This document shows positions 51,827 through 60,614 of a DNA stretch of 64,000 bases, piece by piece (positions within the stretch are counted from its first letter, which is position 1; the number at the start of each line of letters is the position of its first letter). The stretch is taken from the NCBI GenBank assembly GCA_965222025.1, contig CBDCTI010000010.1:250375-314374 (forward strand), read 5' to 3'. Origin of the DNA: Dehalococcoidia bacterium (GTDB lineage Bacteria > Chloroflexota > Dehalococcoidia > Lucifugimonadales > UBA3495). The notes beneath the pieces were generated by a model, which did no database searches, was not told the DNA's origin, and saw only the letters and a list, made by a program, of their open reading frames with translations. Both the position numbers and the translations under genes were made by a program.

Positions 51827-53403
51827 TGACGTACCGAATTCATAACACCCCCGTTTAGGGCGATCTCCACGGCGTCCGCACCCCCTGCCGGAGAGTCGTC
51901 CGGCGTCGGTATCGAGTAGACGATAGCGGCCCTGCCGGGCTTGACCACGATCTCCTTGACGAAGGACCTCACGAAAGCCTTGGTCTCGGTCAGTTCGCTG
52001 GTCTTGAGGAAATCGCTCATATCGGCGGCGAAGGCGGCGATGGTGTCGGCGCTGTCCAGGAACTGACGCCGGTCCGACAGAAGCGCCCGCGCCTCCTCGG
52101 CGGCGATCTCCAGCTTCTCCTTGCGCTCCCGGTGCTCCCTGATGCGCTCCGAGGCGTCGGCCATTTCGATGTCGGTGGTCTCGATGACCTGCCAGATGCG
52201 GCCCAGCCGCTTCTTCACGTCCTCCAGCTCTTCTTCGATGGTCTCCAGCCGCTCCCGCTGCTCGCGGGCCACCCCGTCCATCTCCTCGTCCAGCAGCTTC
52301 ACCAGATCGCGGATGTTGGACTCGGTGAGCACGTTCTCCCTGATCTCGCTGACGATGAGCTTCTCGAAACTCTTGGCGTTGAGCCTGGGGGTCTCGCAGG
52401 TTCCCTTGCCCCGCTTCAAAAGGGAGTGGCAGATGTAGTAGGTGTACCTGCCGCTCTTGGCCTCGGCGGCGGTCATGGCCTTGCCGCAGGTCTCGCACTT
52501 GACCAGGCCGCTGAGCAGGTAGGGGCTGGAAGCCCGGCGGGGGTTCATCTTCTTCGGGGCGCGGGACGCCAGCAACTTCCTGGCTTTCTGGAAATCCCGC
52601 TTGGATACAATGGCGGGATGCGCGTCCTCGACGCGCACCGGCGGCGCGCCGTCCTTGGCTTTTGCTCCCCAGACCAAAGTGCCGGTGTAGGCTTCGTTGT
52701 CCAGCATGGTGTGGATGGTGGTCTTGAGCCACTTCTTGCCGTTGGTGGTGGGGATGCCCTCTGAGTTGAGGGTCTTGGTCACGTCGAGGATGCTCTTGCC
52801 CTGGAGCACCATGTCGAAGATGCGCCGGACCACGGCGTCGGCGGGCGGGTTGAGCTCCAGCTTGGGGCGCTTCTTGATTCCGTCCTGAACGTAGACCCGC
52901 TTGTAGCCGTAGGGGGCGTAGGTGGTCATCCAGAAGCCGCGAGTGGCGGCCTCGCGCATCCCCCGGAGAACCTCTTGCGCAAGATTCTCGCTATAGAACT
53001 CGTCCACGCTCTCGATGATGGCCTCAAGGAGCTTGCCGGTGGGGGTGTCGTCGGCCTGCTCGGTGATGGAGACGACCCGGACGCCCCTGCGCCGCAGCAT
53101 GGACTTGAAGGCCACGGCGTGCTCGCGCTTTCTGGTGAAGCGGGAGAATTTCCAGACCAGGATTTCCTTGAAAGGGGCCTCGGGCTTGCTGGCCTCGTCC
53201 AGCATCCGGCTGAACTGGGGCCGGTCGGCGATGCGGCCGCTCTCGGCCTCGTCCACGTACTCGCGGGCTACCAGGTAGCCGTTCCGCTGGGCGTAGTCGC
53301 GCAGCGCCCGAAGCTGGGCGGCCACGGACAGGTCCACGTCCTGTCGGTCGCTGGAGACCCGGGCGTAGAGGGCTGCCGGTATCAGGTCGTGTAGTTCAGT
53401 CAT
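51763..53403 (-). CDS. large serine recombinase (integrase)
   Basis: 546 aa. Resolvase catalytic domain (ALYARVSSDRQD...), recombinase domain, zinc ribbon (CETCGKAM...YYICHS) and coiled-coil. The last about 21 codons run antisense through the tRNA gene. Confidence 0.9.
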   Translation of the reverse strand: MTELHDLIPAALYARVSSDRQDVDLSVAAQLRALRDYAQRNGYLVAREYVDEAESGRIADRPQFSRMLDEASKPEAPFKEILVWKFSRFTRKREHAVAFKSMLRRRGVRVVSITEQADDTPTGKLLEAIIESVDEFYSENLAQEVLRGMREAATRGFWMTTYAPYGYKRVYVQDGIKKRPKLELNPPADAVVRRIFDMVLQGKSILDVTKTLNSEGIPTTNGKKWLKTTIHTMLDNEAYTGTLVWGAKAKDGAPPVRVEDAHPAIVSKRDFQKARKLLASRAPKKMNPRRASSPYLLSGLVKCETCGKAMTAAEAKSGRYTYYICHSLLKRGKGTCETPRLNAKSFEKLIVSEIRENVLTESNIRDLVKLLDEEMDGVAREQRERLETIEEELEDVKKRLGRIWQVIETTDIEMADASERIREHRERKEKLEIAAEEARALLSDRRQFLDSADTIAAFAADMSDFLKTSELTETKAFVRSFVKEIVVKPGRAAIVYSIPTPDDSPAGGADAVEIALNGGVMNSVRHGGPGWDRTSHQPVMSRLLYH

Positions 53404-53626
53404 TAGATTCGCCTCCTTCGTCCTCTGGCTTCGTGGCTTGGCGGGAGCGCAGCCGTTCCAATCGCTCCTGGCGGCGCAGCTCCCTTTCTTCCATGTACAG
53501 GCGGAGGGCTTCCCGCACCAACTCGCTCATGTCTCGGCCCTCCTCTTCCTTCACCCGCTGCACCTGCTCGAACATCTCCGGGGGCAGGGAGAAGGTGATG
53601 GTCCTGGAAATACGGCGTGGTGGCAT
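53396..53626 (-). CDS. ribbon-helix-helix (CopG/Arc-like) protein
   Basis: 76 aa. RISRTITFSLPPEMFEQVQRV...SELVREALRLYM is a typical RHH pattern. An 8-nt overlap with the recombinase start suggests translational coupling. Confidence 0.7.
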   Translation of the reverse strand: MPPRRISRTITFSLPPEMFEQVQRVKEEEGRDMSELVREALRLYMEERELRRQERLERLRSRQATKPEDEGGESND

Positions 53627-54160
53627 GGTCTCTCTTTTTGCCTGTTGATGTAATCGAGTGTCTTACTATACATCATCGGACAAACGGTCCGGCCTGTCAA
53701 GGAGAGGTTGGCGCCCGCCGGGGGCGGGCGCTGGATTCACTGCCCGGCCACGGGGCTGCCCCATGCTGCGGGGCCAGCGCCTGGCGATTCTCCCAGGGCA
53801 GGGCGACCACGATCACCTTGGCGAGGCGGCCCTTCCAGAAGACGGGCTTGGCGACCACGGCCAGGCCGTCGCCCTCGGCGTACTCCGTCCCGCCGCTGCG
53901 GGCCGCCCGCTCCGCCAGGGAACCGGAGGACAGGGGTTTGCCGGACCGGGGACTGCCGTTCCGCCAGCCGGTCAGCAGGCGGGAGCGCAGGGGCGGGAAG
54001 CCAGTCTGGCGGCTGGCCGGGGCGGGCGTAATGCCCTGAAAGGGGGGGTTAGCAGACCCCCCCTTTCGAGGCGTGGGATTTTCGGAGGCCGCCGTGGTGT
54101 TAGGGACGTGTACAGGAATTGGGACTTGGATGGCGCCGGTTGATGGGAGGGGATTCGTAG

Positions 54161-54329
54161 CTGAAATGGGGGGTGCAGCCCCATTTCAGCGGTAAGTTTG
54201 CGAACACCTGGAGTCCAGGGCGGATTCCGGCGGTGGGGTGCATCGGCCCCGTTTGAGGGGTGCAGTTTGCAGTCCGGCGAAAACAGGACGGGGGTGCAAG
54301 GCCCCTGTTGGAAAGGTGCAATTTGCACC
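54161..54329. promoter_or_regulatory. cluster of GGTGCA-containing palindromes / operator-like sites
   Basis: Five GGTGCA hexamers lie within 150 bp (54172, 54237, 54259, 54293, 54315). There is a perfect 15-bp palindrome GGTGCAATTTGCACC (54315-54329). There is also a perfect 11-bp inverted repeat CTGAAATGGGG-N7-CCCCATTTCAG (54161-54189). Confidence 0.55.
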
Positions 54330-54496
54330 GGGGAGGTATGAGCATGGTTGAGCGTGATGCCTTCGGGCCGGGCAGCGGCGGGACAGCCCCCGGCCAGACG
54401 GCCTCGCGGCGGCGGGCGATGGGCGGGCCGGTGCCGGCGGGGGCGTGATGGCGGGCGACGGGAGAGGCGCAAACGGCGGGGACGAAAACGCGGCCC

Positions 54497-55348
54497 ATGC
54501 CCCCTGATGCGGATGATGGCGACGCCGTGACGGGACTGGACGACGCCTTCGACGAGGCGGCGGCCCAGGTCATCGACGACGTGTACGAGCTGCGGCTCAC
54601 CGCGTTGTTCCGCCAACTGGTGCGGACCCGGGGGCACAAGGGCGCGGGCCGGGTGCTGGGCCTGGACCCCAGGACGGTGGCGGGCAGCGTGCAGCAGGGG
54701 ATGTCGCGGCGGGTGCGGGACGCCGTGGAGAAGATGCTGGTGGAAAGGGACGGCGGCGCCAGGGACGAGCTGGAGGAGGCGGTGGAGGGGCTGGCGGGAC
54801 AGGTCGGCGGGCTGACGACCCAGGTGGCCGGGTTGGAGGGTGAGCTGCGGGAGGGCATGAAGGCCCTGGGGGAGACCCACGCCCAGGGGATGCGGCGGCT
54901 GGAGCAGCGGCTGGCCCAGGGGGAGACCAGGGCAGGCGCCGGAACCGGGCTGCCGCGTCCGGCGCCGGTGGCGGGAGTAGCGACCCGCCGGCGTTACCCC
55001 GATCTGGTAACCCGTGACCCGGGCGAGGACGACGAGGTAGTCTTCGGCGACGCCTGGCCCTTGGTGGCGGAGTGGCGGGAGCTCTGGGACGGCCACCCGG
55101 CCCAGGGCAAGGGCTTGGCGTGGGTGTCAACCCGCCAGCGGATTCTGGAGCTGGAGGTGGCCCTGCTGGAGGAGCACGGCCTGACCCTGCCGCCGGAGAC
55201 GGAGCCGCTGCGGGGCCTGGACCGGGGGGCGCAGTTGAACTGGCGTCTGAAGGCGCTGCACCAGTTCAGAAAGCGGCGGGCCAGGCTGGGGTTGCTGGCG
55301 AAGGTGGCGGGGGCGCCGAGTCCGTGGCGGTGGCTGAGGGCGGTTTAG
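54497..55348 (+). CDS. hypothetical coiled-coil protein of the recombinase-associated module
   Basis: 283 aa with coding-like GC3 bias. A possible HTH (GAGRVLGLDPRTVAGSV) is followed by E/A/L-rich heptad-like segments. No family was recognised. Confidence 0.5.
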   Translation: MPPDADDGDAVTGLDDAFDEAAAQVIDDVYELRLTALFRQLVRTRGHKGAGRVLGLDPRTVAGSVQQGMSRRVRDAVEKMLVERDGGARDELEEAVEGLAGQVGGLTTQVAGLEGELREGMKALGETHAQGMRRLEQRLAQGETRAGAGTGLPRPAPVAGVATRRRYPDLVTRDPGEDDEVVFGDAWPLVAEWRELWDGHPAQGKGLAWVSTRQRILELEVALLEEHGLTLPPETEPLRGLDRGAQLNWRLKALHQFRKRRARLGLLAKVAGAPSPWRWLRAV

Positions 55349-55411
55349 GACCGTCTGAGGTTGGCCCTGCTGCGGTGGAGGCGGTAGGCTGCCGGCGGCG
55401 CCTCCGGGCGC

Positions 55412-55461
55412 TTCCGGCGGGTTGCGGGATTCCGGCGGGATACCTGCCGGTTTCCGGCGGG
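55412..55461. repeat. three direct copies of TTCCGGCGGG spaced 18 and 22 bp
   Basis: Copies start at 55412, 55430 and 55452. A related ATTCCGGCGG lies at 54224-54233 in the other intergenic region of the same module. Confidence 0.7.
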
Positions 55462-56139
55462 GCGTTTGCAATCAATGTGGGCGGGTCGTCGCCGGAACCC
55501 TTGCCAGGGGTCTTCCGGGGGCCGGATACTGATTTCGTTGTCTGGCTTTTCCAGTGTTTCCACTGCCTAGAAACCTGGGGGCGTGATCCCTGCTCGCCCG
55601 GGCCTGCTCCGTGAGGATTGAAGCTTTTCTCCCCGGAGCGCCCACGAGGGAATTGCTGACAGGCAGAGTGAATTATCCTTCGCCCGCAGCCGGTAGTCCT
55701 TACCACTGAAGTGCGCGGTGCGCTTCGTACGGCATCCCAACCCAAGGCCCGGAGTCCCTGCCCCACGGACTGAATCACGGAGGTGGCAACCGAAGCAACA
55801 ACGGCATCCCGGATTCCCTTTCCACGGCAGACCCTGAACTCACGGTAGTCCCACTGCCAGGAGGTGTCAGCTAGACCCAGGACGGTATCCCGGAAGCTCT
55901 TTCCCCTTCGGCTTCTGAGCGGCGGAGCGGTTGACGCGCTACGCACTCTCTACACTCTGCGGTTGGAGCGGACAACAAGCTCCGGCTGCTTCCCCATGAC
56001 TGCGGCGTAGCTGCTGGACACAGATAGCGGCACCGCAGCTTCCCCTTGCTCCGGTCGCACTGCAACGCCAGACCGGACGGTCATCGTTGTAGCGCAGTTC
56101 CCATCAATCCGGCGGCCTACGACGTAGCCACTGGCCGGA

Positions 56140-56480
56140 CTGCGTTCCTCTCCATTTCCCTCTCCTAACCCCCAACCTAGCAGCTCCGCGGGAATGACGC
56201 CCTGGGCGAACTGCGCCTTTCCCCAACTCCCCAAACCGGCGTTTCAGGCCCAATGCCAGACCTGGGGCGTAGTGCGTCCGGCACCGGGGTTAAAGCCACA
56301 TCCCCAGCTGCGTTCCTCTCCAATTCTCCCCTCATTGCAGCCTCCAGGGTTCGCGTTTCCGCTGAATAACACCCTGGGCGAGCTGCGTCTTGCTCCAACC
56401 CTCACCCTGCGTTCCTGCGTTCTCCGTTGCGGGTCTCACCGTGGGCGGAGTGCGTCCGGCGCCGGGTGGCGGAACTGTCT
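56140..56480. repeat. imperfect tandem duplication (about 170-185 bp unit) in a noncoding region
   Basis: Three blocks recur in the same order: CTGCGTTCCTCTCC (56140 / 56308), CCCTGGGCGA(A/G)CTGCG (56200 / 56372) and GTGCGTCCGGC (56273 / 56460). Confidence 0.65.
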
Positions 56481-56648
56481 CCCCAACGTCATTCACAAAA
56501 CCAAGAAACCAAGGAGGTAATTCACCACTCGGAACAACTGAATAACCGGCAGGAACCATAGGCCCGTCGCCCCCTGGGTGGCGCGGCGGATACCAGGGCG
56601 GCCGTATGAGCCGCCACCGGCAACTGAAAATCGATTGCTTACAGACGA

Positions 56649-56690
56649 GCGGGGTCGGTCCCTTTGGGCCGGCCCCGCTTTCTGCGTTTT
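56649..56690 (+). terminator. intrinsic terminator-like hairpin immediately upstream of the HTH-array gene RBS
   Basis: GCGGGGTCGG-N10-CCGGCCCCGC (one mismatch) followed by TTTCTGCGTTTT. GGAGGAAACGAC-ATG follows directly. Confidence 0.55.
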
Positions 56691-56702
56691 GGAGGAAACG
56701 AC

Positions 56703-57962
56703 ATGAAGACGACCACCAACATCCAGACCACCGAGGTAATCACCCATTCCATAACCGGGTTCGACGGCAACGAGAACGCCGCAGCGGGTGCGGGGAACAT
56801 CCAGGGAACGCAGGCCGGGGCGGCGGCCCAGGGACGGACCAAGGGCAAGCCCGAGAGCGAGCTTCGGGCGGCGGCCCGGCGGCACGGCCTCAACCTGAAG
56901 GAGCTGGCGGACCGGATGGGCGTCAACTACGGCTACCTGTCCTCGGTGGCCAGCGGGCGCCGGCCCTGGTCTCCCCTGCTGCGGGAGAGGGCCACGGCGG
57001 TGCTGGGCGAGGTGCCCGGCCAGGGCGTCGTCTACCGGCAGGGCGGCCTGGTGCAGGGGGAGAGCACCTGCATCCGGGAGCGCGCCCGCGCCCTGGGCAT
57101 GAGCCAGAAGGACCTGGCCCAGCGGGTGGGGGTGTCGGTCGGCTACATGTCGGAGGTGGCGCGGGGCCGGAAGAACATGAGCCCGGCGGTCCAGACGCGG
57201 GTCGAATCGGTGCTGGGCGGCCCGGTGAAAGTCGGGCCTGCCAGGTGCGCCAACCGCCAGGACGGAGTGGTGAAAGGGAGGGGGCAGAGCAGCTACATCC
57301 GGGAGCGGGCCAGGGAGCGAGGCTTTAGCCTGAAGGGCCTGGCGGAACATGTGGGGGTGTCTCGCGGCTACATGACCCAGGTGTCCCGGGGCGAAAGGAG
57401 CATGAGCCCGGCGGTCCAGACGCGGGTCGAAGAGGCCCTAGACGGCCCGGCCAGGATCGAGCCCGCCCAGCCTCCCACCGTCGATCCGCGCGCCCTGTGG
57501 GACCGGATGGATGCGCACGAGCTGAGCCAGAACGAGACCGCCCGGCTGGCCGGAATCAGCTCCGGTCATCTCTCCCAGATCATGAACGGCCAGCGAAACC
57601 CGTCGGGGGAGATGCTGGCGAAGCTGCACGGGGTCCTGTTCCGGCCTACGGCGGCGGAGCTGGTGGTGCCCGCCGAGGTCAAGGTGATGGCCTGGAAGAA
57701 GGGCGGGCGCAACGGCGTGGTGGTGCGCGGCGCCGGTGGGCCGGGGGCTGGCGGCAACCAGCCTGGCGGCGGGACCGTTCGCATCGGCGGACGGGTGCCC
57801 TGGGGCGCGGAGGTTGAATACGCCTACCGCGCCGGTTACGACAGCCGGGGCCGGGTGTCGGTGACTCACCTGGTGGACGAGCGGGGCTATGGCCGGATGT
57901 TGACGCAGCCGGAGCCGGACGGCGCCGGTCCCGGTCCCGGCGAGGACCGGACCGGGGTCTGA
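56703..57962 (+). CDS. protein with four tandem XRE-type HTH units
   Basis: 419 aa from the ATG at 56703 (GGAGGA RBS). There are four repeats of ...L(K/Q).LA..(V/M)GVS.GY(L/M)S.V.RG.R.MSP.V..RV...L. The fourth is more divergent (LAGISSGHLSQIMNGQRNPS). The C-terminal tail is Gly-rich. Confidence 0.75.
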   Translation: MKTTTNIQTTEVITHSITGFDGNENAAAGAGNIQGTQAGAAAQGRTKGKPESELRAAARRHGLNLKELADRMGVNYGYLSSVASGRRPWSPLLRERATAVLGEVPGQGVVYRQGGLVQGESTCIRERARALGMSQKDLAQRVGVSVGYMSEVARGRKNMSPAVQTRVESVLGGPVKVGPARCANRQDGVVKGRGQSSYIRERARERGFSLKGLAEHVGVSRGYMTQVSRGERSMSPAVQTRVEEALDGPARIEPAQPPTVDPRALWDRMDAHELSQNETARLAGISSGHLSQIMNGQRNPSGEMLAKLHGVLFRPTAAELVVPAEVKVMAWKKGGRNGVVVRGAGGPGAGGNQPGGGTVRIGGRVPWGAEVEYAYRAGYDSRGRVSVTHLVDERGYGRMLTQPEPDGAGPGPGEDRTGV

Positions 57963-58369
57963 GCCCAGACAAGGAGGACCGGCGGGCACGGGCGCTACGC
58001 CAACAGTCTTTCCCTCTACCGGATACGGGACGCCGCGCCGGAGGTCGCGCTGGACTTGGTCAACGTCCGCCGCAGGGCACCCGCAGAGGGTCGGCAGTCG
58101 CCCTTCTCCGGGCCGGGTTCCAGGCTGGGACCCCGCCCAGACCGGGGGACGCAACGGCAAGGCCAAACCACCGTCCCTGTCTCTGTTCGAAGGGGCGTTC
58201 GTTGCCGAGCAGGCACGGGAGAAGGAACCGGCAGGCGCGTATGGCTGGAGCACATCAACAATGGGGCAGGAACATCGCTGGTGCGGCGATGTTCCTGCCC
58301 CGACTGCGCATGTATGCGCCCTTTTTGCGTTCCAGGTCAAGGGCATCAGCCCCCCGGTGTGCTCGACCG

Positions 58370-58612
58370 TTACTCGTCCTCCTCCACAATGACGAACAGG
58401 GTGTCAAAATCACTCACCCCCAGCACCTCCATCAAACGCCGCCGCAGCCGCGGCGACGGACTGCGTTCCCCCCGCATCAGCTGGGACATGTAGCCCCGGG
58501 AAATCCCGCAGCGGCGCGCCAGATCGTTCTGAGAGATGTTGAGTTGGTCCAGCAGTTCCCATACCACCTCCTGACGGAGCATCACCCTGACTGAGCGGCG
58601 CCTGGGTCTCAT
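58370..58612 (-). CDS. single-domain XRE-type HTH regulator, paralog of the repeat unit
   Basis: 80 aa. ISQNDLARRCGISRGYMSQLMRGERSPSPRLRRRLMEVLG has the same signature as the repeats in 56703-57962. GGGAGGGAG RBS. Confidence 0.7.
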   Translation of the reverse strand: MRPRRRSVRVMLRQEVVWELLDQLNISQNDLARRCGISRGYMSQLMRGERSPSPRLRRRLMEVLGVSDFDTLFVIVEEDE

Positions 58613-59164
58613 CTCGCCTGCTCCCTCCCAACCGGTTCCGCCCCTCCCTCTACCGGGACTGCCTTACCCTGGGCCGCTGGGCTGGCGCGGAGGCCGCCGC
58701 CAGCCCAGCGGCCTCCGCCGCTCTTCCGTGTTTGGGTGCTGTTCTGCTTCTTGGGAACCTCCCTTCCGGTGAGTGGGACCTAGCCGCCCGGCCCGCCGAC
58801 CGTCAACTCCAGACTGTGGGAGTAACTGTTCAGACTGGGGCGGATATGGGTTGGGAGAGGATGGAATTGAGAGCATGGTAAGGGTTGCGTCCTTGTAAAC
58901 GCCAAGCGCCAAACCAAGCGCGAAACAAGGAAGCCATGATGCTCTTGGTCCCGATGCCTGTCCGGAGCGGGTGCGGCCGCTGATCTTTCGGCTCACCACC
59001 GGCGGCCGCAGGCTCCGCTCCGCCGCTGCTTGTCAGGACGTTGACCGACGCGTTCGCGTCCTGGCCTGGTTCTAGCTCGCAGCACATGGGCAACGGAACA
59101 CACGGTATTCCTGTTGTTGGGGGCATTAGCCCAACATTGGTTGCAGGCCCTGGAGGGATTTCTA

Positions 59165-60402
59165 GGGAACCTCTGAACAATAAGCAGCCAGACGGGATTT
59201 CGGGCAGTTGAAAGTTTTGACCTGCTCGGAGTCGCGTTTTGGGGCTATTTTCCGGTCATTTCACCCCGGTTGAGCGGGCTTCCCACCCGATTCCGGCCCC
59301 TCATTCGGCTCCCACCCGGATTTGGGCCCACTACCCCCTGGGTCAACCGGCCGCCAGCCAGCGTTGGCCTTTCTTCAGGTTGGACAGTCCCAGCAGCAGG
59401 GCCAACCGTTCCGTGTTCTTGGCCAGTCCCCGATAGCGTACCTTGCCGTAGCCGAAGTGTCCCTTGACCTCCAGGAAGGGGTGTTCCACCTTGGCCCTGA
59501 TTGACGCCTTGACCCGCTCCGCCCAGGCCGCCAGGCTCCCCGGTTCCAGCTTCCGCCGCTGGCTGGGCCGCATTGCTACTCGCCAGTCCACTGCCAACCC
59601 CAGGTTTTCCTCCCGTTTCTGCACTCCCACGTACCCCGCGTCGCCCCACACCTGCAACTCCCCGCCGTGCAGCAACTTGTGCGCCTCGGTCACGTCATGG
59701 ACGTTGGCCGGGGTGGTAGTCATGCTATGCACCAGGCCCGTCGCGGCGTCCACCCCGATATGCAATTTCATCCCGAAGTGGTATTGGTTCCCCTTCTTGG
59801 TCTGGTGCATCGCCGGGTCCCGTTCCCTGGCCTGGTTCTTGGTCGATGATGGCGCCTCGATGATGGTAGCGTCCACGATGCTTCCCTCCCGCATGCGCAG
59901 CCCCTGCGACTCCAGATGCCCATTGATTTCCGCAAACAGCCCTTGCCCCAATTCGTGACGCTCCAGCAGGTGGCGGAAGTGCAGTATCGTGCTCTCGTCC
60001 GGCAACGGCTCCCTTAGTCCCAGCCCCACGAAGCGGCGGACCGATTCCGCTTCATACAATAGGTCCTCCATCGCTGGGTCGCTCAGGTTGTGGAATACCT
60101 GGACACAGTGCACCCGCAACATCACCGACAGGGGGTAAGGCTGCCTTCCCCGGTCTCCCTTGGGATAGTAGGGACGGATGCGCTCTTCCAGCCTTTCCCA
60201 CGGAATCAGCCCGTCCATCCGCTCCAGGAACACTTCTCGGCGGGTCTTGTGCTTCTTCCCGGCGTATTCCAGGTCAGCAAAAGTTGGCTCCTCCAGCATA
60301 TCTTCACTCTCCAGTCAATCCAGCGTTTCAGCCGTGGTTTCATCCAGCGTTGCCTGACCAGTATTATAATGGCTTGACGCGCAGATTTGTTCAGAGGTTC
60401 CC
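59165..60402 (-). mobile_element. IS5-family (IS5 group) insertion sequence, apparently intact
   Basis: IRs GGGAACCTCTGAACAA / TTGTTCAGAGGTTCCC, with flanks CTAG / CTAA. Single uninterrupted transposase ORF. Confidence 0.9.
59343..60299 (-). CDS. IS5-family DDE transposase
   Basis: 318 aa. Motifs include DLEYAGKKHKTRRE, SIVDATIIEAPSSTKN, HQTKKGNQYHFGMKLHIGVD, GDAGY and AKVEHPF. Confidence 0.9.
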   Translation of the reverse strand: MLEEPTFADLEYAGKKHKTRREVFLERMDGLIPWERLEERIRPYYPKGDRGRQPYPLSVMLRVHCVQVFHNLSDPAMEDLLYEAESVRRFVGLGLREPLPDESTILHFRHLLERHELGQGLFAEINGHLESQGLRMREGSIVDATIIEAPSSTKNQARERDPAMHQTKKGNQYHFGMKLHIGVDAATGLVHSMTTTPANVHDVTEAHKLLHGGELQVWGDAGYVGVQKREENLGLAVDWRVAMRPSQRRKLEPGSLAAWAERVKASIRAKVEHPFLEVKGHFGYGKVRYRGLAKNTERLALLLGLSNLKKGQRWLAAG

Positions 60403-60405
60403 TAA

Positions 60406-60557
60406 GAAACCTCTGAACAAGTAAAGGTCTGTGCCGACCAACCCGTCATTCCGGCGAAAGCCGGAATCCAGAAAATACCCGCCGGATACAAACTTTGCCA
60501 CGGCCAAGTCCCGGTGGATTCCGGCCTGCGCCGGAATGACGATTATTCAGAGGTTTC
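60406..60557. mobile_element. 152-bp MITE with IS5-type terminal inverted repeats
   Basis: GAAACCTCTGAACAAG ... CTTATTCAGAGGTTTC termini flanked by CTAA / CTAG. No coding capacity. Contains ATTCCGGC-N4-GCCGGAAT hairpins. Confidence 0.75.
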
Positions 60558-60582
60558 CTAGCTTGATGTCTCCGTCGCCGCC

Positions 60583-60614
60583 GGGACTAGTAGCCCAACA
60601 TTTTTGAATTGAGG
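60583..60614. repeat. solo copy of a terminal-repeat-like motif also present next to the IS630 fragment at 17763-17795
   Basis: GGGACTAGTAGCCCAACATTTTTGAATTGAGG here versus GGGACTAGTAGTCGAACATTTTTGAATTGAG at 17763. Confidence 0.6.

Noticed and set aside
53700-54100. Minus-strand peptide ...AVVAKPVFWKGRLAKVIVVALPWENRQ... that looks protein-like
   Set aside because: No ATG/GTG/TTG gives a product over 53 aa, no RBS was seen and no family was recognised. It cannot be supported as a gene.
53972-55130. 374-aa and 252-aa minus-strand ORFs and a 177-aa Pro/Arg-rich ORF
   Set aside because: They mutually overlap and are antisense to the more coding-like 283-aa + strand gene. Their composition is extremely P/R/A-rich, so they are shadow ORFs.
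58664-59180. 111-aa and 116-aa minus-strand ORFs before the IS5
   Set aside because: They overlap each other, and one starts inside the IS5 inverted repeat. Their translations are low-complexity, and there are no RBSs or motifs.
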